Positions 52,384-62,888 of a DNA stretch of 64,000 nt are shown one piece after another. The stretch is from Snowella sp. (GTDB lineage Bacteria; Cyanobacteriota; Cyanobacteriia; Cyanobacteriales; Microcystaceae). A program made the position numbers and the translations under genes. Every line of letters begins with the position of its first letter. Within the stretch, counting starts at the first letter, position 1. Location of the stretch: positions 111,849-175,848 of the forward strand of contig JAYKGY010000019.1 in the NCBI GenBank assembly GCA_035285545.1. Direction: 5' to 3'. The notes beneath the pieces were generated by a model. It was not told where the DNA came from and did not search any database. It worked only from the letters and a program-made list of their open reading frames with translations.

Positions 52384-52448
52384 AAATGAACTTTTCTCTA
52401 TTGGGGAGAATTGAGTTAAAAACTGATAATTATCCCTATTGTTGAAAT

Positions 52449-52478
52449 CCTAACCTCTTCATAATTCACTCTTAATCT
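52449..52478 (+). promoter_or_regulatory. Candidate Pho box (SphR site) upstream of the phosphatase gene
   Basis: Three 8-mers at 11-bp period, CCTAACCT-ctt-CATAATTC-act-CTTAATCT, against consensus CTTAACCT. Confidence 0.6.
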
Positions 52479-52747
52479 TGCTGTGAAAAGCTAATTAAGG
52501 GGTGATCTTGGCTTTTTTAAGAATTGAATGCTTGCTAGTCCATCGTTGTTCACAAAGTATCGTGATCATTCAAAAAATTATGATTTGACACTGGATAGTC
52601 AGCACTTAAATCAACTTTTAAGTATTATTACTCCCCTCTATCAACCTTATTTAGCTCATCTAGAAATTTGAGAAATTTCCTCAGTTTCCATTTTCTTTAT
52701 GGGCCGAATAAATATGCCCATCTAGCCGCAGAAAAACGATTTGAATT

Positions 52748-54976
52748 ATGTCTAATATGTCCTTTGATACTCAACAGCCTTCTCAAATGCAGGGTTTGGA
52801 AGGTTATAAAGTTGATCCTTTGTTCACCGTGGGAGAAACCATCGGAAATTATACTCCCATTGGGATTCTTGACGGGACAGGAGCTTATAACCTCAATGAA
52901 ACAACAGTACGGGTTTTAGTAAACCATGAAGTTAGCAGTAATACGGGTTATCAATATAGTTTGGCGAGTGGTGCCCAATTAACGGGGGCAAGGGTTAGCT
53001 ACTTCGATATTGATAAGCGATCCTTACAAATTATTGATGCGGGAATGGCGTTTGATACGATTTATAATCGTGCCGGAATGGAAGTCACGCCCACCTCTCC
53101 TCTGGATACCATTGATGGCCCTATTGGTCTTGACCGCTTTTGCTCTGCTAATTTGATGCCTGCTTACCAATTTGGTGATGGTCGAGGTTTTGCCGATACC
53201 ATTTATTTCACCGGAGAAGAAACGGATAATGGAACGGAATTTGCCCTAGATGTAAATAATGGAGAACTGTGGGCGTTACCTTGGTTGGGTGTTGCTGCCT
53301 GGGAAAGTGTGACGGAATTAGATACGGGAACGACGGATAAAGTTGCGTTGTTAGTGGGAGATGATCGCGGCCCAGCCCCTTTATATCTTTACGTTGGGAC
53401 TAAAGGAATTGACTATGACAATAACGGACAAATCAATTTCCTCGAACGCAATGGCTTAACCGGTGGTCAATTGTACGTCTGGGTTGCCGATGATCCGGCT
53501 AATGGGACAGACGCGATCGAAAAAGATCCGCGTGATTTCAGTGGAACAGGCAGCAATACCCAAGGATATTTTGCCGCAGTTGATATTTACGATGAAACCA
53601 AAACCTTACCGGGCTATGACAGTCTAGGTTTTGCAACCCAAACCACCCAAGACGCTTTAGCCGCTAGTGTGAATGCCTTTTTATTCTCGCGTCCCGAAGA
53701 TGTTGCGACCGATCCCTTTGATGGTACTCGTGCGGTATTAGCGTCTACTGGTCGTCAGGGATTGTTTGAAAATGCAGATGTCTGGGGAACAACCTATATC
53801 ATAGACGTAGATTTCAGCCAAATTAATCATGGCAACATTAATGCGGAAGTTGAAATTCTCTTTGATGGAAATGATTTTGAAGGGAATGGCTTAGAACATC
53901 CCGATTTTGGTCTACGGAGTCCTGATAATTTGGATTGGGCTGATGATGGCAAAATCTATATTCAAGAAGACCGGGCGATTAGTGCGAGTCTTTTTGGGGC
54001 GACCTCTGGAGAAGAAGCTTCCATTTGGCAGATCGATCCCAATGCGACGAATCCGGCTGAAACCTTAACCCGTATCGCCCAAATTGATCGTACTGGCATT
54101 CCTTCGGATCAAACCGATTCTTCACCTACAGATCTCGGTAATTGGGAATCTTCTGGGATTTTAGATATTTCCACTCTCTTGGGGAATGAACCTGGTTCGG
54201 TTTTATTGTTTGATACTCAAGCCCACAGTTTACGGAATGGCAATATCATCAATGTTCCTGGTTTAGATACCGATGGGGATGGAACTGTAGAACGGCAGGA
54301 TAACTTGGTAGAAGGCGGCCAACTTTCTCTCTTGATTGCGCCAGATGCTACTTTAATTCAGGATACCGAATTGATTTCTGGTACAGCCGAGGCAGATGTA
54401 CTGAATGGTGGTATTGACTTTAGTGGTCTGAATGATCAGGTCTTTACCGGTGCGGGAGATGATGAGGTAGATACGACTACTGGCGGGGTTGTTGCTGGTT
54501 TTAACCGTATTTTCACCGGTAGCGGCATGGATACGCTCTACGTCAATAATGGCGATCGCGCCAATAGCGGCAGTGGGGATGACTACTTTGATGCGTCTGG
54601 TGCCATGAATTACCGACTTTCTGGCGGAAAAGGTAATGATGTTTTTGACCTCGGAGCTAAGGGAAAAGCGATCGGTGGTGAAGGCGATGACCAATTCTAC
54701 GTCCTAGAGGGCGGCGACAATCTCCTCTCTGGTGGTGCAGGCAAAGACCAGTTCTGGCTCCTAACCGATGATCCCGCCTTAATCACAATCCCTAATACCG
54801 TGACCGACTTTACTCAAGGAATGGATGTCATTGGCATTATGGGCCAAGGTGAAGGCGTTGGTTTTGCGAACCTGTCGTTCTCTGGTAACAGTATTGCCCT
54901 CAATGGTGACACCTTTGCGACCTTGACAGGAATTAACACCGCTAACCTAACGGCTGCTGATTTCGTCTTTATGTAA
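52748..54976 (+). CDS. PhoX-like (DUF839) alkaline phosphatase with C-terminal RTX Ca-binding repeats
   Basis: LVNHE, RFCSA, TGEE, WE, RPED, PDN, QED and ESSG motifs; GGxGxD nonapeptides; ends ADFVF. Confidence 0.8.
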   Translation: MSNMSFDTQQPSQMQGLEGYKVDPLFTVGETIGNYTPIGILDGTGAYNLNETTVRVLVNHEVSSNTGYQYSLASGAQLTGARVSYFDIDKRSLQIIDAGMAFDTIYNRAGMEVTPTSPLDTIDGPIGLDRFCSANLMPAYQFGDGRGFADTIYFTGEETDNGTEFALDVNNGELWALPWLGVAAWESVTELDTGTTDKVALLVGDDRGPAPLYLYVGTKGIDYDNNGQINFLERNGLTGGQLYVWVADDPANGTDAIEKDPRDFSGTGSNTQGYFAAVDIYDETKTLPGYDSLGFATQTTQDALAASVNAFLFSRPEDVATDPFDGTRAVLASTGRQGLFENADVWGTTYIIDVDFSQINHGNINAEVEILFDGNDFEGNGLEHPDFGLRSPDNLDWADDGKIYIQEDRAISASLFGATSGEEASIWQIDPNATNPAETLTRIAQIDRTGIPSDQTDSSPTDLGNWESSGILDISTLLGNEPGSVLLFDTQAHSLRNGNIINVPGLDTDGDGTVERQDNLVEGGQLSLLIAPDATLIQDTELISGTAEADVLNGGIDFSGLNDQVFTGAGDDEVDTTTGGVVAGFNRIFTGSGMDTLYVNNGDRANSGSGDDYFDASGAMNYRLSGGKGNDVFDLGAKGKAIGGEGDDQFYVLEGGDNLLSGGAGKDQFWLLTDDPALITIPNTVTDFTQGMDVIGIMGQGEGVGFANLSFSGNSIALNGDTFATLTGINTANLTAADFVFM

Positions 54977-55001
54977 GTCTTTTTTCCATTGCTTTCAGTA
55001 T

Positions 55002-55042
55002 GGGGTTCCCTCTCTAGGTTCACTAGAAATGGGAGCCTTTTT
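55002..55042 (+). terminator. Probable intrinsic terminator after the phosphatase gene
   Basis: GGTTCCC...CTAG...CTAG...GGGAGCC hairpin followed by a T run. Confidence 0.5.
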
Positions 55043-55104
55043 ATTGATTTGAAGGAGTGCATTCGATAGTAGTGGTGGCGGCTTTAGGCTTTGCTAATTG
55101 GGCG

Positions 55105-55300
55105 TTAAGAAGAGCCAACAAGAATAAACGACGACAATATCACCAGCGTTAGATTTAATCCCCAAAATATTAATCATGGCAAGACAAATTGGGAAAAAGT
55201 TGAAGCAATGACTGGGGAAGAAATTGACAAAGCAGATTTGGATTGTCTCCCCTATCTCAACAAGAATTAAATGAGTTTCGCCGGATATCAATTCAATTGC
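55105..55300 (+). pseudogene. Decayed BrnT/BrnA-like toxin-antitoxin remnant
   Basis: LRRANKNKRRQYHQR* (BrnT-like C-terminus), then GKTNWEKVEAMTGEEIDKADLDCLP and, frameshifted, LSQQELNEFRR (BrnA-like N-terminus). Confidence 0.5.
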
Positions 55301-55691
55301 CGATCTTGTAGTGCGATCGCTGTTATCTTGTTGATCAGATTAAAACGTTGAAAAGCAAGAATTGCATTAACAGGAAGATGGGGAGGATTAGCCTGTTTCT
55401 CATGCCAAACTTGAAGCCATTTATAGCCCTGTACTACGGTGGAAACTAATCCGAAGGTCTCTATCATGTTGATTGCTTACCATTGAATCTGCTTTCTATT
55501 TAAAAGAAATTTAGGCTAAATAGCAAGGATTAAATTGAAATTTATCGCAATAACTGAATTGGTCTAATTTTCAGATTTGATACTTAAAAATCATCAAAAT
55601 ACAGAAATCCCTTTTTTTCGTTTACTTAACGTCTTGGTCATAAACCTTCTACAATAGTTAGAGTTTGAGCAGACAAGTTATCAAAACTTTT

Positions 55692-56909
55692 ATGGATACC
55701 AAAGCATTTAAGCGATCGCTGCAACACTCAGAAAACTATCACCGCAAAGGGTTTGGCCATACCGAAGAAGTAATGGGGGTGATGAATAGCGAGTATCAAA
55801 GCCAACTCATCCAAGAAATCCGCCAAAACCATTACCGACTGCAACGGGGAGAAGTTACCATTCGCTTAGCTGAAGCTTTTGGATTTTGTTGGGGCGTAGA
55901 ACGGGCTGTGGCGATGGCCTACGAAACCCGTCAGCATTTCCCCACAGAACGTATATGGATTACCAATGAAATTATCCATAATCCCTCGGTTAATCAACGG
56001 CTACGAGAAATGAAAGTGGGATTTATTCCCGCCGATAAGGGCGAAAAAGATTTTAGTCAAGTAGAAAAAGGCGACGTGGTGATTCTGCCCGCATTTGGGG
56101 CAAGTGTGAGCGAAATGCAGTTACTTAACGATAAGGGCTGCACAATTGTGGATACGACCTGTCCTTGGGTTTCTAAAGTCTGGAATTCTGTCGAAAAACA
56201 TAAAAAAAGAAGCTATACCTCGATTATTCACGGTAAATATAATCACGAAGAAACGATCGCGACCAGTTCATTTGCGGGAACCTATCTCATCATCTTGAAC
56301 TTGGAGCAAGCCAATTATGTCAGCGATTACATTCTCAAGGGTGGAAATAAAGAAGAATTTTTAGCCAAGTTTAACAATGCTTACTCTGAAGGCTTCGATC
56401 CTGACCGCGATCTCGTTTCTATTGGCATTGCTAACCAAACCACCATGCTCAAAAGTGAAACCGAGCAGATCGGGAAATTATTTGAAAAAACCATGCTCAA
56501 AAAATATGGGCCAGCCGAATTGAATGAGCATTTTATGAGTTTCAATACCATCTGTGATGCGACCCAAGAGCGTCAGGATGCAATGTTTGACTTGGTAAAA
56601 GAAGATTTAACATTAATGGTGGTTATTGGTGGCTATAATTCCTCGAATACAACCCATTTACAGGAAATATCCGTAGAATATAACATTCCTTCCTACCATA
56701 TCGATAGTGCGAGCCGCATTGGGCCAGGAAATCGCGTTGAACACAAACCCTTAAATAAGGATTTAGAAGTCGTAGAAAATTGGTTGCCCGATGGCCCGAT
56801 TGTGGTTGGGGTCACCTCTGGCGCATCCACCCCCGATAAAGTGGTAGAAGATGTGATGGAGAAAATTTTCGCCATTAAAGGGGTTGATTCTGTTTTAACG
56901 GCGGTTTAA
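55692..56909 (+). CDS. ispH: 4-hydroxy-3-methylbut-2-enyl diphosphate reductase
   Basis: [37 protein letters not shown] and GASTP motifs. Confidence 0.98.
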   Translation: MDTKAFKRSLQHSENYHRKGFGHTEEVMGVMNSEYQSQLIQEIRQNHYRLQRGEVTIRLAEAFGFCWGVERAVAMAYETRQHFPTERIWITNEIIHNPSVNQRLREMKVGFIPADKGEKDFSQVEKGDVVILPAFGASVSEMQLLNDKGCTIVDTTCPWVSKVWNSVEKHKKRSYTSIIHGKYNHEETIATSSFAGTYLIILNLEQANYVSDYILKGGNKEEFLAKFNNAYSEGFDPDRDLVSIGIANQTTMLKSETEQIGKLFEKTMLKKYGPAELNEHFMSFNTICDATQERQDAMFDLVKEDLTLMVVIGGYNSSNTTHLQEISVEYNIPSYHIDSASRIGPGNRVEHKPLNKDLEVVENWLPDGPIVVGVTSGASTPDKVVEDVMEKIFAIKGVDSVLTAV

Positions 56910-56957
56910 ACGGACAAAATGAGGAATACAGTCATTATTTAAGGGGGAAAGTCGGCA

Positions 56958-57149
56958 ATGCAGGATTCTGTTGGCTTAATCATTAAAGTCTTTGGTCTAT
57001 CGCTAGTGCTCTCCCTGGTTCTTAAATATGTCGGCCCGTTTTTAGCCCTACAACCTACTACCGTTAACGCTTTAATCGGCATTAGTTTACCCCCCGTTGC
57101 GATCGCGCTTTTACTTTGGCGAGCTTCTCTCAAATCCGAGGAAAGTTAA
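56958..57149 (+). CDS. Small 2-TM membrane protein
   Basis: Two hydrophobic segments; KY.GP motif; GGGGAA upstream. Confidence 0.65.
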   Translation: MQDSVGLIIKVFGLSLVLSLVLKYVGPFLALQPTTVNALIGISLPPVAIALLLWRASLKSEES

Positions 57150-57164
57150 AGATATGTTTGAACA

Positions 57165-57223
57165 GCCCCCCCTAGTCCCAAATTGTGGGTACAATCCCCC
57201 CAGTCTTCGGGGATTTAGGGGGC
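57165..57223. repeat. Cyanobacterial GC-rich palindromic intergenic repeat (REP-like)
   Basis: GCCCCCCCTAGTCCCA...TGGG...TCCCC...GGGGATTTAGGGGGC nested hairpins; related to the element at 44421. Confidence 0.6.
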
Positions 57224-57290
57224 AAAATAAAACTTTGTCAACAGATTCTTAAACCAAAACCCTTAACTTGAACTAAAGGGAGATGAGCAA

Positions 57291-58415
57291 TTGAATTTTG
57301 TCCAATGGCTGGGATTTATTAGCTTAATTCTGTGTCTGGCGGTGTTATGGCAGATTCGACAATTATTGCTCTTAATTTTTGCGGCCATTGTAGTGGCCAA
57401 TGCCTTAAATCATTTAGCCAATTGGTTTCAGTCTAAAAACATTAAACGGGGTTACGCGATCGCCCTTTCCGTGAGTTTATTAATCCTCGTCTTAGGGCTA
57501 TTTGGCTGGTTAATTATTCCTCCCTTCATTCCCCAATTTCAAGAATTATTAACCCTGCTTCCCCAAGGTATTAATCGCTTCATTATTTGGTTAAAAAGCC
57601 TCATTGCTAATCTTGATCCCCAACTCATTCATGCCTTACCGAACTTACAACAATTAACCCAACAATTACAGCCGGTTATTAGTCAGATTGCTGGTCAGGG
57701 TTTGAGTATTTTTTATAGCACCTTAGGCTTGCCGTTAAGCTTATTATTACTGTTAGCTTTAAGCTTAATGTTATTAGCTGACCCCCAATCCTATCGACAG
57801 GGATTTATTCGGTTGTTTCCTGCTTTTTATCGATCGCGCATTGATCAGGTGCTTTCTCTGTGTGAAGAGTCGTTGGAAAACTGGTTAGTCGGCAGTCTCT
57901 TAACGATGGGAGTTATCGCTAGCGGTAGTTTTATTGGGTTACTGCTTCTGGGAATTCCCGTTCCGTTAGCCCAGGCTCTCTTAGCAGGATTATTAGCTTT
58001 TATCCCCTACATTGGCTCCTTGCTAGCCGTTATCCTCCCTATGGCGATCGCGCTATTAGAAAGCCCTTGGAAATCCGTCGTCGTTTTGATTTTGTACTTA
58101 ATTATTCAACAATTAGAAATCCAAATCATTACTCCAAAAATTATGGGGAAGTCTACCCATGTTTTGCCTGGAATAACGTTATTAGCTCAACTTTTCTTTG
58201 CCAGCTTTTTTGGATTTTTAGGATTATTTTTGGCCTATCCCCTCAGTGTGGTGGGACGAGTCATTTTTAAAGAAATTTTTGTCAAGGATATCTTAGATAA
58301 TCTGCAACCTGCCTCGATAGGTTTACCCTTTGTGAAAACGGTTAAAATCCCAGAAGAAGATGCGGCTAGCTCTGGGGAGATTCGGTTTGATAATCTTGAA
58401 ATAGACGATAAATAA
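57291..58415 (+). CDS. AI-2E family transporter
   Basis: FIPYIG, QQLE...P..MG and GFLGLFLAYP motifs; multi-TM. Confidence 0.88.
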   Translation: MNFVQWLGFISLILCLAVLWQIRQLLLLIFAAIVVANALNHLANWFQSKNIKRGYAIALSVSLLILVLGLFGWLIIPPFIPQFQELLTLLPQGINRFIIWLKSLIANLDPQLIHALPNLQQLTQQLQPVISQIAGQGLSIFYSTLGLPLSLLLLLALSLMLLADPQSYRQGFIRLFPAFYRSRIDQVLSLCEESLENWLVGSLLTMGVIASGSFIGLLLLGIPVPLAQALLAGLLAFIPYIGSLLAVILPMAIALLESPWKSVVVLILYLIIQQLEIQIITPKIMGKSTHVLPGITLLAQLFFASFFGFLGLFLAYPLSVVGRVIFKEIFVKDILDNLQPASIGLPFVKTVKIPEEDAASSGEIRFDNLEIDDK

Positions 58416-59766
58416 ACGTACTGCCATCCACTTGACTTAAAATCCCGCTAATCACCGTGCTGGCTCCCCACGGCCCCCAACTACAACCATTTTCTAAATA
58501 TTCCTTCGCTGCTTTTCCGACAATATAAGCTGTATAACCCGCAACACCCCCTTGTAAGAATGCGGTACTGGCATAGGTCGTTAATGCCCCTGGACTTTCA
58601 AACACGCTACCTGCTGCCGCCGCCGTTTTCCCAAAACCCAAAATTAAACTACTGCCCAATTCACTCAGTAATAAGCCGCCCGAACTGACTAAAATTTTTT
58701 GCCAGAGCTTACCCGCTTCGTAACTGGTAATCGGTAAGCCGTAGAGTCGTGCTAAGGAGCGAATTAAAAATAAATCGGCAACTAAACCACCCACTACGTC
58801 AAATAGAGCAATGGGATTCACCGCGACCGCTAAGGCTTTATATTGGGCGTATTTCCAGATAATGGCATCGGCTTCTGCTTGACGCAGGGCAACGGTTTTA
58901 CGGGCAATATTTTCTTCGGCTTCTTTGACTTGAAAGAGAGCATTAATTGCCAATAAAGAACGGCCTTCTTGATTCAAAATCATCAGAATTTTTTGCCGTA
59001 ATGCTCCGATTTGGGGTTCTGGTTGTTCCCATTCTTCCTGTATGGTGTTATCACTCAATTCCACCCGCACAGGCATCGGTTGGGGTTCGGCGGCGACACA
59101 GATAATATCATCGGCGGATAAAATCGGCAGTCCGCGATCGCGGTTCCCTAATTGTTGTAATTGTTGATAAATAGTCTGTTGATCCTGCTCAGGATAGAGG
59201 TCGATTTTATTGAAAACGAGAATTAAAGGTTTATGACTTTCCTTCAGTTCACATAAGGCTGCGTATTCGGTGCGGGTAATATCCCCTGCCACAATAAACA
59301 AAATTAAATCGGCTTGACGGGCCACGTCTTTGGCCATACTTGCTCTGGCTTCCCCTGCAATTTCATCCAAGCCAGGGGTATCTATTAATTCAATTTGTAC
59401 CTTATCGTTCGCTGTCCAACGGATGGCTTTAGGATATTGGGTAACGCCATGCAACGGCCCCGTTTCTAAGACTTTTTTACCCATTAAGGCATTGACAACC
59501 GCCGATTTTCCCCGACTCACTAGCCCAAAGGTGGCAATTTTAATGACCTGCTGTTCAATTTTTTCCAGAGCCGCTTTGAGGGTGTTTAAATCCTGACGGA
59601 CTGCCGCTTGTAATTGGGGATTGGGGGGATAGTTCCAATGGCGACGCACGCTGGCATACCAGTTAACGGCTTGTTGAATACTGGTCTGGGCTTGTTTGAG
59701 ATGGGCTTCTTGGGTGGCAGGGGATTGAGTCAAGGGAATAAGGAGAATGTTTTCAATGTCATTCAA
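58366..59766 (-). CDS. GTP-binding protein with DUF697 domain
   Basis: GLVSRGKS, DTPG and NKID motifs; C-terminal NPIALFD...LARLYG region. Confidence 0.85.
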   Translation of the reverse strand: MNDIENILLIPLTQSPATQEAHLKQAQTSIQQAVNWYASVRRHWNYPPNPQLQAAVRQDLNTLKAALEKIEQQVIKIATFGLVSRGKSAVVNALMGKKVLETGPLHGVTQYPKAIRWTANDKVQIELIDTPGLDEIAGEARASMAKDVARQADLILFIVAGDITRTEYAALCELKESHKPLILVFNKIDLYPEQDQQTIYQQLQQLGNRDRGLPILSADDIICVAAEPQPMPVRVELSDNTIQEEWEQPEPQIGALRQKILMILNQEGRSLLAINALFQVKEAEENIARKTVALRQAEADAIIWKYAQYKALAVAVNPIALFDVVGGLVADLFLIRSLARLYGLPITSYEAGKLWQKILVSSGGLLLSELGSSLILGFGKTAAAAGSVFESPGALTTYASTAFLQGGVAGYTAYIVGKAAKEYLENGCSWGPWGASTVISGILSQVDGSTFIYRLFQDYQTESPQS

Positions 59767-59792
59767 TAGCCAAGGTTCTAGCTAATGTTGCG

Positions 59793-59827
59793 TCAACTAT
59801 CAACTATTAACTACCAACTATCAACTA
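59793..59827. repeat. Heptamer tandem repeat (STRR-like), 5 copies
   Basis: TCAACTA TCAACTA TTAACTA CCAACTA TCAACTA in a divergent intergenic region. Confidence 0.8.
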
Positions 59828-59908
59828 CTCACCCCATTGTAGTCAGAAACCTATAATGTATTAGGTGTCCCTTGTTGGGAAATCCTTTGTTTTCAGTCGG
59901 ACTAATCT

Positions 59909-60790
59909 ATGGATTTACTGCGATCGCTACCCATCGGACTCTATTTAGAAAAACCAGTCACTTGGTTACATCGCTTAGATCCTAGAGTAAAATTCGTTTG
60001 GTTAATGACTTTTCTCGTGGCTCCCTTGTTGGCCAGTCCCCAATGGCGGCTAGGAATTGCAGGATTTTTGATTTTATTGACGCTGTTTGCTAAAATTCCC
60101 CTGCGGGTTTGGCGGCAGCAAATGGGATGGTTATTAACGCTTTGTTTATTCATCTTTGTTATTACCTCCCTAACGCCTGACGGTTTAGCCGTGACTTCCC
60201 AACCCCGTCTTCCTGACCAATCCCTCAATTTACCCCAGCCTTCTGACTATAATTACGTCTTGATAGATAAAGGTCGTTTTTTTATCACGCGGCGATCGCT
60301 GGAATTGGGGATTCGGGTGAGTAGCTTAATTTTTACGTTGATTTACAGTACCAATCTTTATCTGCTAACCACTGCTCCAGAGGAAATTACCGCCGGATTA
60401 GAAGAGTTATTGGCTCCTTTACGCCGCTTTAAGTTACCGATTACGGAAATTACCTTAACCTTAACCCTTTCGCTACGTTTCATCCCCTTAGTCTTAGAAG
60501 AAATCCAAAACCTCGCCCGTTCTATCCGCACCAGAGCCATTAACTGGAAAAAGTTGGGCATGAAAAAGAGTTCCCAAATTTGGTTACTCATTGTTGAGCG
60601 GTTACTCGAAAACCTATTAATGCGGGCTGAACAGATCGCGATCGCAATGGAAGTACGGGGATTTACGACTCCTGAACAACACCGCGTCGAATGGCATCAA
60701 TTACGGCTAATTCATTGGGATTGGGTCGCTTTGTTTTGTCTGATTCCCTTTTGGGTTGCTAGAGTCGTCATTGGTGGAATGTCGTCGTGA
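59909..60790 (+). CDS. Energy-coupling factor transporter transmembrane component T (CbiQ/Ycf92-like)
   Basis: LHRLDPRVK, LTTAPEEI, LRFIP and AMEVRGF motifs. Confidence 0.9.
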   Translation: MDLLRSLPIGLYLEKPVTWLHRLDPRVKFVWLMTFLVAPLLASPQWRLGIAGFLILLTLFAKIPLRVWRQQMGWLLTLCLFIFVITSLTPDGLAVTSQPRLPDQSLNLPQPSDYNYVLIDKGRFFITRRSLELGIRVSSLIFTLIYSTNLYLLTTAPEEITAGLEELLAPLRRFKLPITEITLTLTLSLRFIPLVLEEIQNLARSIRTRAINWKKLGMKKSSQIWLLIVERLLENLLMRAEQIAIAMEVRGFTTPEQHRVEWHQLRLIHWDWVALFCLIPFWVARVVIGGMSS

Positions 60791-62166
60791 GTCAGTTGTC
60801 TATTTTGCCCTTAGCCCCCTGGTATTGGCGATCGCTGCCTTTGAAAGAACGCACAGGTGCAGACATCTTCGAGCAGTTATTTAGCCAAGATGACATTGCA
60901 ACCCTACTGGAAAGCCCCTATCCGACTCCGCCCGACTATCCCTATCTATCCCGTTACTCCCTCTGTGCAGGTAAGCCGCGTCAAATTGAAGGAAAATCGC
61001 AATTGTGGACACCGGAACTAGGCCAGATTTTTTCTTTTTTACAAAACCTATTAAAACGCGAAAAACTTAACCCCCAAAATTTACCCGAAAGCTTACCCTT
61101 TCAAGGCGGTTGGTTAGGGTGGCTCGGCTACGATGCAGCTTGGGAAATTGAGCAGTTACCTTATTTAAAAAAGGATACTTTACCCTTTCCCGTTGCCTAT
61201 TGGTACGAACCCGAAAATTTTGCCATCCTTGATCATCAATCACAAACGCTTTGGTTAGCCGCCAGTGACCCTGACAATTTAGATTTACTAGAAAAAAGTT
61301 TAGAGCAATCTTTCCCATTAGAAGCTTCTATAACAGCCAATCCGCCTTTAGAGTTAACTTTTGAAACGACCCAAGCCCAATACGAAGCAATGGTGACTCA
61401 GGCTCAATCCCATATTCAACAGGGCGATATTTTTCAAGCCAATTTATCCCTGCGTTTTCAAGCCCAGTCATCCCTATCCAGTTGGTCAGTTTACCGGAAA
61501 TTACAAGCAATTAATCCTTCTCCCTTTGCCAGTTATTGGCGATCGCCCTGGGGATCAGTGGTCAGTTGTTCTCCTGAACGATTAGTCCAACTCGACGGAA
61601 AACAGGCCCAAACGCGACCCATTGCAGGAACTCGACCGAGAGGCTTATCGGCAGAAGAGGAAATACACTTACAACAGGAACTCAAAAGCAACCTAAAAGA
61701 ACAAGCCGAACACATTATGTTAGTGGATTTGGAGCGCAATGATTTAGGGCGAGTTTGTGAGTGGGGCAGCGTCAAAGTCGATGAATTGTTAACGATTGAA
61801 CGGTATAGCCATGTTATTCATTTAGTCAGTAATGTGAGCGGCATTTTAAAGCCTGATTTTAATGCAGTTGATTTAATTCGTGCCTTATTTCCAGGGGGAA
61901 CCATTACGGGCTGCCCAAAAGTGCGATGTATGGAAATTATTGAAACCCTTGAGCCTGTACGTCGCAGTTTATTTTATGGTTCTTGCGGTTATTTGGATCA
62001 ACGGGGCAATTTAGATTTAAATATTTTGATTCGGACGTTATTGTTTACGGCTTCAGGGTTAGTCGTTGGTCAAGTGGGTGCGGGAATTGTTGCTGATAGT
62101 AATCCGACGCGAGAGTGGGAAGAATCCTTACAAAAAGCGCAAGCTCAACTTTCTGCCTTGAAATAA
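60787..62166 (+). CDS. pabB: Chorismate-binding enzyme, aminodeoxychorismate synthase component I-like
   Basis: LLES, GDIFQANLS, NPSPF, SPER, PIAGT, EHIMLVDLERND, FPGGTITGCPK and GAGIV motifs; PabB versus TrpE not resolved. Confidence 0.7.
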   Translation: MSQLSILPLAPWYWRSLPLKERTGADIFEQLFSQDDIATLLESPYPTPPDYPYLSRYSLCAGKPRQIEGKSQLWTPELGQIFSFLQNLLKREKLNPQNLPESLPFQGGWLGWLGYDAAWEIEQLPYLKKDTLPFPVAYWYEPENFAILDHQSQTLWLAASDPDNLDLLEKSLEQSFPLEASITANPPLELTFETTQAQYEAMVTQAQSHIQQGDIFQANLSLRFQAQSSLSSWSVYRKLQAINPSPFASYWRSPWGSVVSCSPERLVQLDGKQAQTRPIAGTRPRGLSAEEEIHLQQELKSNLKEQAEHIMLVDLERNDLGRVCEWGSVKVDELLTIERYSHVIHLVSNVSGILKPDFNAVDLIRALFPGGTITGCPKVRCMEIIETLEPVRRSLFYGSCGYLDQRGNLDLNILIRTLLFTASGLVVGQVGAGIVADSNPTREWEESLQKAQAQLSALK

Positions 62167-62217
62167 TGACGATATAATCTTGATTAAAGCCAACGTGAAT
62201 TTCAAAGGAAATATCAA

Positions 62218-62823
62218 ATGATTGCTCTCAAATCAGATAATTGCATGACCCCAGAAGAATATCTAAGATTTGAACGCCATAGCGATATTAAACATGAATA
62301 TATCGATGGTGAAGTCTATGCAATGGCAGGAACAACAAAAGTCCATAATACAATTAGCCTTAATTTAGCAATACTTTTTCGAGAAAAGCTAAAACATTCT
62401 AATTGCCAAACTTTTATAGCAGATATAAAAGTCAATATATTAAACGAAAATAGCTTTTTCTATCCTGATATTGTTGTAACCTGTGATAATAATAATGATT
62501 TCAACGCCTATGAAATTCAATTTCCGAAAATTATTGTTGAAGTGTTTTCCTTATCTACTGAAAAGTTAGATCGCGGTAAAAAGTTTCAATATTATCGCAC
62601 TATTCCCAGTTTACAAGAATATATTTTAGTCAGTTCACAAGAATATTTGATTGAATGTTTTCGACGTACTCAAGATAATTTATGGACATTACAAATTTAC
62701 GAAGATTTAGACCAAATTATCCGCATTGAAAGCCTTAATATTGATATCTCTTTATCCGATATTTATGCTACACTCAATTTTGAATCTGTCACTGAATCGC
62801 AATCTGATTCTAAAGATGAATAA
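62218..62823 (+). CDS. Uma2 family endonuclease
   Basis: HEYIDG, YPDIVVTC, IVEVFS.ST...DRG.KF..Y and LQEYILV motifs. Confidence 0.92.
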   Translation: MIALKSDNCMTPEEYLRFERHSDIKHEYIDGEVYAMAGTTKVHNTISLNLAILFREKLKHSNCQTFIADIKVNILNENSFFYPDIVVTCDNNNDFNAYEIQFPKIIVEVFSLSTEKLDRGKKFQYYRTIPSLQEYILVSSQEYLIECFRRTQDNLWTLQIYEDLDQIIRIESLNIDISLSDIYATLNFESVTESQSDSKDE

Positions 62824-62888
62824 CTCTAGATAAAATTCCCCTAGAAATAAATATTATCTACAATAATTTACGTTTTTTGAGGTTGAAA

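Noticed and set aside
55094..55291. Minus-strand 65-aa ORF
   Set aside because: The recognisable protein motifs are on the plus strand (TA remnant)
58366..58415. 50-bp convergent overlap of the AI-2E and GTPase genes
   Set aside because: Short tail-to-tail overlaps are common; no further structure seen
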